Positions 7,523 through 13,837 of a DNA stretch of 13,837 nt are shown here, piece after piece. The translations under genes and the position numbers were made by a program. Under the pieces are notes generated by a model. It had not been told where the DNA came from. It made no database searches and worked only from the letters and a program-made list of their open reading frames with translations. How positions within the stretch are numbered: the first letter of the stretch is position 1; each line of letters opens with the position of its first letter. Where the stretch lies: NCBI GenBank assembly GCA_051294375.1, contig CM119270.1, positions 16,187,026-16,200,862 on the forward strand, written 5' to 3'. This DNA comes from Paraspadella gotoi (taxonomy: Eukaryota > Animalia > Chaetognatha).

Positions 7523-8127
7523 TTTATAAAATTCAACCTGTCTTAGAGCAAAAAAGAAAAAAAAAAATATATGCGTAACGTTTTTCAAAGTTGCAATGGT
7601 AGGGAAAAGACTAAGGAGAGAATTTCAGGATTTGAAATCCAGTTTTTTACTAGTTTGTCGAGTAAAAAAAGGACATTGACATTTCGTGCTTAGAGATTGT
7701 GAAAAGGTTTCGGGTAGAAACCTGTCTGCATAAATTCATCGAACAGACATTTCGCGCTATAATTAAAATTCTGGATTCCATAGAAATTATTTCAGAATAT
7801 GGGTGAAGCCTTTTTGTTTCAGTGACTCAAGTGAGCGACAAAAACGAACAGTTTCACTGGACCCGATTTTCCCCACTGGTTTTCTGAGTGAGACGATTTG
7901 ACCCCGAGCAACTCGTTTACTGTCTCGGTTTATAATACCCTTTTCAGTTTAAGACTGGCCGCGTTTAGCAATGTCACTCGATTCGATTTTTTTTTTAAGT
8001 CGATCTGCTTATGCAGCAGATCCCCGACTCTCATAGAACTTCACTTTTTCGGGTCGCGTCGGTCCGCCCCCCCCTCAATATTGTCGGGCACACACTTATA
8101 TGCATGTCAGAACATCGAATTATGAAA

Positions 8128-9198
8128 TTATGCAAAAAAAATGATGTCCGTCCGTCCGTCTGTCTGTCCGTCCGTCCGTCGCGTCCGTCTCCACCTTAGC
8201 TAAAAACACCCAAAATACTGTGATTGGATGGAATGGATTTTAATGAAACTTTTGTGTGAGGATAGGTAAGTGTGTGATTGAGCTGGATAGAAGTTTCGAT
8301 GGAATCGTGCCGGTGGAAATGAGTTTAATGGGACAAAAACAAAAAAAAATATTCACTATTTGAACACCAATTGCTCATGAGTGGATGGGCTGGGATTGAC
8401 TGAATTTTGTATGTGGGTAGGAAAGTGTGTCGATTGAACAGGGAAATCAGTTTCGATGGAATAGTTTGAGTGGAAATGAGTTTAAATGGAAAAACAACAA
8501 AAAACCTTGTTTTACTAATTAATTATGCTTCTTTTTCCTTTTATATTTAAATGTATACTGCAGGATGTATTAATAAATCAAATAATTAATCAGATAATTA
8601 ATCTAATTAATAAATAAATTAATAATAAATTTTTAAAATTAATTAGTCAACTCAATCCGTCCATCCGTCTAATCTTAGCAAAAAGCTCCCAATAACTCGT
8701 GATTGGCTGGTTGGATGGAATTAAATTTTGTGTGTGAGTAGAAAGTGTGTGATAAAGCTGGATATAAAAGTTTCGATGGAATCGTGTGAGTGGATAATTA
8801 GTTTAAATGGAAAAAACATAAAGTCGAATTTACTAAAATCTTTTATTATTTTAACCAATAAATTCTCTAATTAATCATAATTGGATGGTTAGATGAGTTG
8901 AAATTTTGTGTGTGGTAGGAAAAATGTGTGACGAAGCTTGATATAAAGTTTCAGTGGAAACGTACCAGTGAAATGAGTTTAAATGAAAAAAAATATGAGT
9001 CACATTTACTTGAATCTTTTTATTTATTTTTAACCCATGATAGATTGAGATGAAATTTTTGTGAGCCAGTAGGAAAGTGAGTGAAGAAGCTAGATATAAA
9101 GTTTTGACGGAATGCAAGTTGAAAAAATGATGCAAGTTTGAAAAATGATGCAAGTTAAAAAAATCTTTAAAAGCATAAGGATCGTCGTAATTGCATAA
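8128..9198 (+). mobile_element. DINE-1/Helentron-like non-autonomous element with a (GTCY)n microsatellite and internal tandem units
   Basis: Inverted termini TTATGCAA (8128-8135) and TTGCATAA (9191-9198); (GTCC/GTCT)n at about 8146-8190; a GATTTTAATGAAACTTT motif; about five diverged copies of a 120-150 bp unit (...ttttgtgtg..tagg.aagtgtg..agctggata..agtttcgatggaatcgt..gtggaaatgagtttaaatgg). Confidence 0.6.
9113..9165 (+). repeat. Three copies of an 18-19 nt unit TGCAAGTT(T)GAAAAAATGA
   Basis: tgcaagttgaaaaaatga-tgcaagtttgaaaaaatga-tgcaagttaaaaaaat. Confidence 0.85.
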
Positions 9199-9201
9199 AA
9201 A

Positions 9202-9312
9202 GAGAGAGAGAGAGAAGAGAAAGAGAGAGAGTGATGAGAGAGGAGTGAGAGAGTGAGAGAGAAAGAGAGAGAGTGAGAGAGAGAGAGTGAGAGAGAGAGA
9301 GAGAGAGAAGGA
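9202..9312 (+). repeat. (GA)n microsatellite
   Basis: Directly visible; abuts the right end of the DINE-like element. Confidence 0.95.
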
Positions 9313-9424
9313 GACATAAAATAAAAAATCTTAAAAGACTCAAGATCGAGCCAGAGCCCACTATCAAAAGAAAATTTCAATGAAAAACCCGGGAAAAAAA
9401 CGAATGAATCATGCCGATAACGAA

Positions 9425-9613
9425 TTATTGATGTAATAGTAATTGATTAAGGTAATACTAATTGATTGATGTAATAGTAATTTATTGATGTAAATAGGAA
9501 TGATTATTGATTCGATGATAATCAATTATTGATGCGATGATAGTCATTCACTGCTGTGATGATAGTCATTCACTGATTGCGATGATGTGTCATTCATTGA
9601 TGCGATGATAGTC
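9425..9613 (+). repeat. Degenerate minisatellite grading from ATTGATGTAATAGTAATTG units into GATGATAGTCATTCACTG units
   Basis: Repeated attgatgtaatagtaatt (about 9428 and 9463) and gatgatagtcattcactg (about 9536 and 9558), with further variants. Confidence 0.75.
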
Positions 9614-9643
9614 CAATAAACAAAAATGCGTGTATGAGTGAAA

Positions 9644-9665
9644 GAGAGAGAGAGAGAGGAGAGAG

Positions 9666-9711
<46 letters not shown>

Positions 9712-9717
9712 TAGAGA
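9644..9717 (+). repeat. (GA)n microsatellite
   Basis: Directly visible. Confidence 0.95.
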
Positions 9718-11192
9718 ATAAATCCATGAAATCTCGGATGAAAATATGGGATTTTGTATTGAAAAAAAGCGCGGAATAAATGGTAATAATAAAAAGTTTT
9801 TAGAAGGAAAAAAATAATCAGAATTTTCAAAAAACAAACGATCACGCAAGAGATCGGGAATCTCTCTCCTTTTTTGGGTGACAAAAACCATTGGCGCCAA
9901 GCTGCCTTCCCAAAGGATGAAAAAAAATCATTAATATTCGACGTTTGATGTTTTGTTTTCGTCTCAAGGGAGAAAAGAGGAGAGACGCGCCTACGTCCAT
10001 CAATCTCATTGAAAAAAAAATAAAAAAAAGTCATAAAAACTGGGGGAATGAGAGAATTAATCCGTTAAAATGGTTAATAGTGATAAATAATTGAACGGTT
10101 ACAAACAATTATGGACGTAAATGGGAATCCACTGAGCAGGAGTTCGACTCGGAAAAAATTAGACATGTGCTGGGAAAATGGTACAGACAATTATAAGACG
10201 TTTTTCTGGACATATTGGGCATCGATTGAAAGACAAAAGCGCGCAGTTTCCGGATATAGTTTTATTTTATTTTCATTTACATAAACATTTACCGAAGAGA
10301 GATGGACCTCCTTGAATAAAAACTATTGGTATCGTATACGATTTAGTTTCAATTTCATGATTTTAGTTAAAAAAGTTGTCGATTGTATAGGCAATTTAAC
10401 AACAAAAAATAAAAATCACTGTAGAGAGTTTAGCTAACTAATATAATATGCAATTGGTACAACTTAAAAATTATCAACAATTAAGCGCATTTTCCAAGTT
10501 CTCATCAATCTTCCGCTTATCTTAAATTCCTTTTTCATCGGAGCCAACATGTTCTTTTGTNNNNNNNNNNNNNNNNNNNNNNNNNNNNNNNNNNNNNNNN
10601 NNNNNNNNNNNNNNNNNNNNNNNNNNNNNNNNNNNNNNNNNNNNNNNNNNNNNNNNNNNNNNNNNNNNNNNNNNNNNNNNNNNNNNNNNNNNNNNNNNNN
10701 NNNNNNNNAAAAGAAAACAAAGCCTCGACGAAAGACCGGACGTTGAATCGTGAGGATTTTGACCTTTGGGACTCGATGGTTGAGCTCGAGGGGGACAAGC
10801 GTTCAGATACTCAGACGGACTAATGGACGTCCGGACTTGAACAGACTTTAGACCGGAGACCAGTCGATAAAATAAGGAGGAATTGTTACTGAATCGTTTG
10901 ACTACACTCATTTTTTTGTGTGTGTTTTCTCCGGGATATCATTCAAACTCGAGCTTTCTCTGTAATAAATTGTTTTTTTTTTANNNNNNNNNNNNNNNNN
11001 NNNNNNNNNNNNNNNNNNNNNNNNNNNNNNNNNNNNNNNNNNNNNNNNNNNNNNNNNNNNNNNNNNNNNNNNNNNNNNNNNNNNNNNNNNNNNNNNNNNN
11101 NNNNNNNNNNNNNNNNNNNNNNNNNNNNNNNNNNNNNNNNNNNNNNNNNNNNNNNNNNNNNNNNNNNNNNNNNNNNNNNNNNNNNNNNNNNN

Positions 11193-11226
<34 letters not shown>
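11193..11226 (+). repeat. (GA)n microsatellite at a gap edge
   Basis: Directly visible; probably extends into the N-run. Confidence 0.9.
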
Positions 11227-11227
<1 letters not shown>

Positions 11228-12474
11228 GGGAATGAGTGAACTCTTGTTAGCGACTCTCTCTCCTAAGGTCTCTCTCTCTGCCCAGGACGTCAATTTTCTT
11301 TTATCGAATTTGACAAGCAGATCCGAACTACCGCNNNNNNNNNNNNNNNNNNNNNNNNNNNNNNNNNNNNNNNNNNNNNNNNNNNNNNNNNNNNNNNNNN
11401 NNNNNNNNNNNNNNNNNNNNNNNNNNNNNNNNNNNNNNNNNNNNNNNNNNNNNNNNNNNNNNNNNNNNNNNNNNNNNNNNNNNNNNNNNNNNNNNNNNNN
11501 NNNNNNNNNNNNNNNNNNNNNNNNNNNNNNNNNNNNNNNNNNNNNNNNNNNNNNNNNNNNGAAGAGAGAGAAGAGGAGGGACACAAAAGGAGGACTGGGG
11601 AGATAAAGAGTGAATCAGAAAAGTAAAAGAGAAAAAGAGTATGTCATATGAAGTATATGTCGTATGTCATATGTCATAGGAAGCAGCAAGAAAAAAAAAG
11701 CAAAGATGAAATGTAAAAAGAAAGAAAATAGAAAAAGAAAAAAATAGAAAAGATAAAAATGAAAATAGAAAAAAAAATAGGGAAGAGAGACTGTGAAAAG
11801 GGATAAAGAGCGAAAGAGAGAAAAAGGGAAAGAAGCCAAAGATTGCCCGGATTCCCTTTCGGTGCTGAGCCGCTCTGCCTTTAGGCAAACAAAGAATTAA
11901 CTTATCGAACCAATAAAACGGAGAAAAAAAATAGAAGATAAAAAAANNNNNNNNNNNNNNNNNNNNNNNNNNNNNNNNNNNNNNNNNNNNNNNNNNNNNN
12001 NNNNNNNNNNNNNNNNNNNNNNNNNNNNNNNNNNNNNNNNNNNNNNNNNNNNNNNNNNNNNNNNNNNNNNNNNNNNNNNNNNNNNNNNNNNNNNNNNNNN
12101 NNNNNNNNNNNNNNNNNNNNNNNNNNNNNNNNNNNNNNNNNNNNNNNNNNNNNNNNNNNNNNNNNNNNNNNNNNNNNNNNNNNNNNNNNNNNNNNNNNNN
12201 NNNNNNNNNNNNNNNNNNNNNNNNNNGTCTCTTGCCAACTGGTTTTGGGCGCTGTTTATTTTCACGATTTGGCTACAGTTTAGTTAATGGTTAGTGATCG
12301 TTGATTCCAAAAAGCAGACTTCCTGACCCCTGCTTGTAACCCAAAAGCTTACCACATTCCATTTACCACTTAACACTGGTGGAACTCCGGATAAAAACGA
12401 AGTAAAAAGTTTTTATTTGCCGAAATTTTCTGGAGGCCGAGAATTTGTTTGCTCTTTGGTTTGTTTGTCCTCAG

Positions 12475-12594
12475 TGGTTTAGGATCGCAGAATCTCGTCG
12501 CAGAGCGGAAGTCACCATCGACGACAACAACGACGGAAAGGATGACAACGAAGATGACAAAATGGATGGAGACTGGGGGGGGGATTTCTTCTGA
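12475..12594 (+). CDS. Weak candidate terminal exon with an acidic tail
   Basis: Long pyrimidine tract ending tcctcAG, then WFRIAESRRRAEVTIDDNNDGKDDNEDDKMDGDWGGDFF*, with GAC/GTC-rich composition like the real exons. No family recognised. Confidence 0.25.
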   Translation, partial: WFRIAESRRRAEVTIDDNNDGKDDNEDDKMDGDWGGDFF

Positions 12595-13389
12595 ATTTTG
12601 AAATAAGAGANNNNNNNNNNNNNNNNNNNNNNNNNNNNNNNNNNNNNNNNNNNNNNNNNNNNNNNNNNNNNNNNNNNNNNNNNNNNNNNNNNNNNNNNNN
12701 NNNNNNNNNNNNNNNNNNNNNNNNNNNNNNNNNNNNNNNNNNNNNNNNNNNNNNNNNNNNNNNNNNNNNNNNNAACAAAAGGGAATCGCCGTGACCATCG
12801 ATTTCGTGACCGGATCTTCTTCTTCGAGACGAAGAACCGGAAACGAAGAACCGGAACCAGCGGAGAATTTCCGGTCGAGCGGAAAGAGAGAATTGCGCTT
12901 TTGTTTTCTTCTCCCTTTTCCATGATTTTCTTTTTTGTTTCGGGATTTTTCTCAGATATAGTTTTATAAGGAAAGTATTTTAACCCCGAGTGGTATTGAT
13001 GCTCGCTCTATTTCAAGAATCAAACGCTGACCTTCCCCTCACAATGATAAATAAATATTCTTAGATATAAATAATTTAGAAGAGGAAAAAAATAGAGATT
13101 TAAAATATAAAAAAATATATAAAATCATGTTTATCTAAATTAAAAAGTTTATGATAATGAAATAGGCATTTTTTTTCCAATTTTATATGTATACACAATT
13201 TATACATAAAATACTACATAGCCTACCCAAAGTCAAATGGTAGAATTTTTATATTGGTTATTTTCGAAAATAAAGTAAGAAAATCATTTCTCTTTGATTT
13301 TTTTTCCACTCTCTTTCGAGACTTGCTCTTTTGTCCGTTTTTTTGCTCAGTGGGTGACATCTCTCTGAGAAATAAAAATTGTCTCCTAG

Positions 13390-13583
13390 CGAGGATGGCG
13401 GTGTTTACGTGACAAGGTCTATGATCGATCGACGCTTTATATTCGTCGTATAAACTTATCGAAGGTCGATTCGTGGGTCAGGTGGAGAATCCAGGAAAAT
13501 TCTGAGAAGGTGAGGGCGTTCAGAGAACTTACCATATATCGGGCATTGTTCGATTTAGGAGTATACAATTCGCTGACAAGTTG
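13390..13583 (+). CDS. Weak candidate internal exon
   Basis: tctcctAG|CGA GGA TGG...AGT TG|GTAAGT; one frame is open across all 194 nt (RGWRCLRDKVYDRSTLYIRRINLSKVDSWVRWRIQENSEKVRAFRELTIYRALFDLGVYNSLTS). No family recognised. Confidence 0.25.
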
Positions 13584-13837
13584 GTAAGTTGATTGTCTCA
13601 ACGAAAAGGAAAAAAAGTAAGAACCCTGAGGTTGACAAGCAGATGTAAAAGATTGGATTAAAGGAAGAAAAATGCTTAGCAAGCAAAGGGAAAAGTGATT
13701 GGATCCAGAGTCTGAAAATTAGCGAATTATGGGCTGAATCAACATCAACGTCGAAAGACAAGCATTGAAAAAATGTGGCCAAACGCTGATAAACTCACTG
13801 GAGCTGAATGAGAAAACCGTCGAAATTGAGAAAGGCT

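Noticed and set aside
8200-9130. Regularly spaced repeats as a CRISPR array
   Set aside because: Units are long and diverged with no unique spacers, there are no cas genes, and the context is eukaryotic.
9090-10034. Minus-strand ORFs with SLSLSL tracts
   Set aside because: Products of (GA)n microsatellites and A-rich sequence.
12318-12401. In-frame TGA at 12324-12326 as selenocysteine
   Set aside because: No selenoprotein motif or SECIS is recognisable, and the exon itself is unsupported.
10522-12923. ORFs containing long X runs
   Set aside because: Their length comes from N-gaps.

Overview
Eukaryotic, intron-rich genomic DNA from a gappy draft assembly. CpG/GTC-rich exons, very AT-rich introns, GT-AG splice sites and (GA)n microsatellites point to an invertebrate; a homoscleromorph sponge such as Oscarella is only a compositional guess. 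The main content is two tandem, highly diverged paralogous genes on the minus strand, which the ORF track shows only as fragments: gene A at about 2126-4548 and gene B at about 5230-7522. By manual splicing, each encodes a secreted protein of about 325-330 aa: signal peptide, a Cys-flanked degenerate von Willebrand factor A (VWA)-like domain lacking the MIDAS motif, and an unrecognised Cys-containing C-terminal module (GTSC...F.AECVP..GSI). The paralogs share intron positions and phases except one extra intron in B, both have a candidate 21-23 nt microexon, and both carry an identical upstream 11-mer. Upstream of gene B is a roughly 1.07 kb DINE-1/Helentron-like non-autonomous element. Introns of B hold a MITE-like element and a structured insertion flanked by a 7-bp direct repeat. 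The last 4 kb is microsatellite- and gap-rich, with only weak candidate exons.
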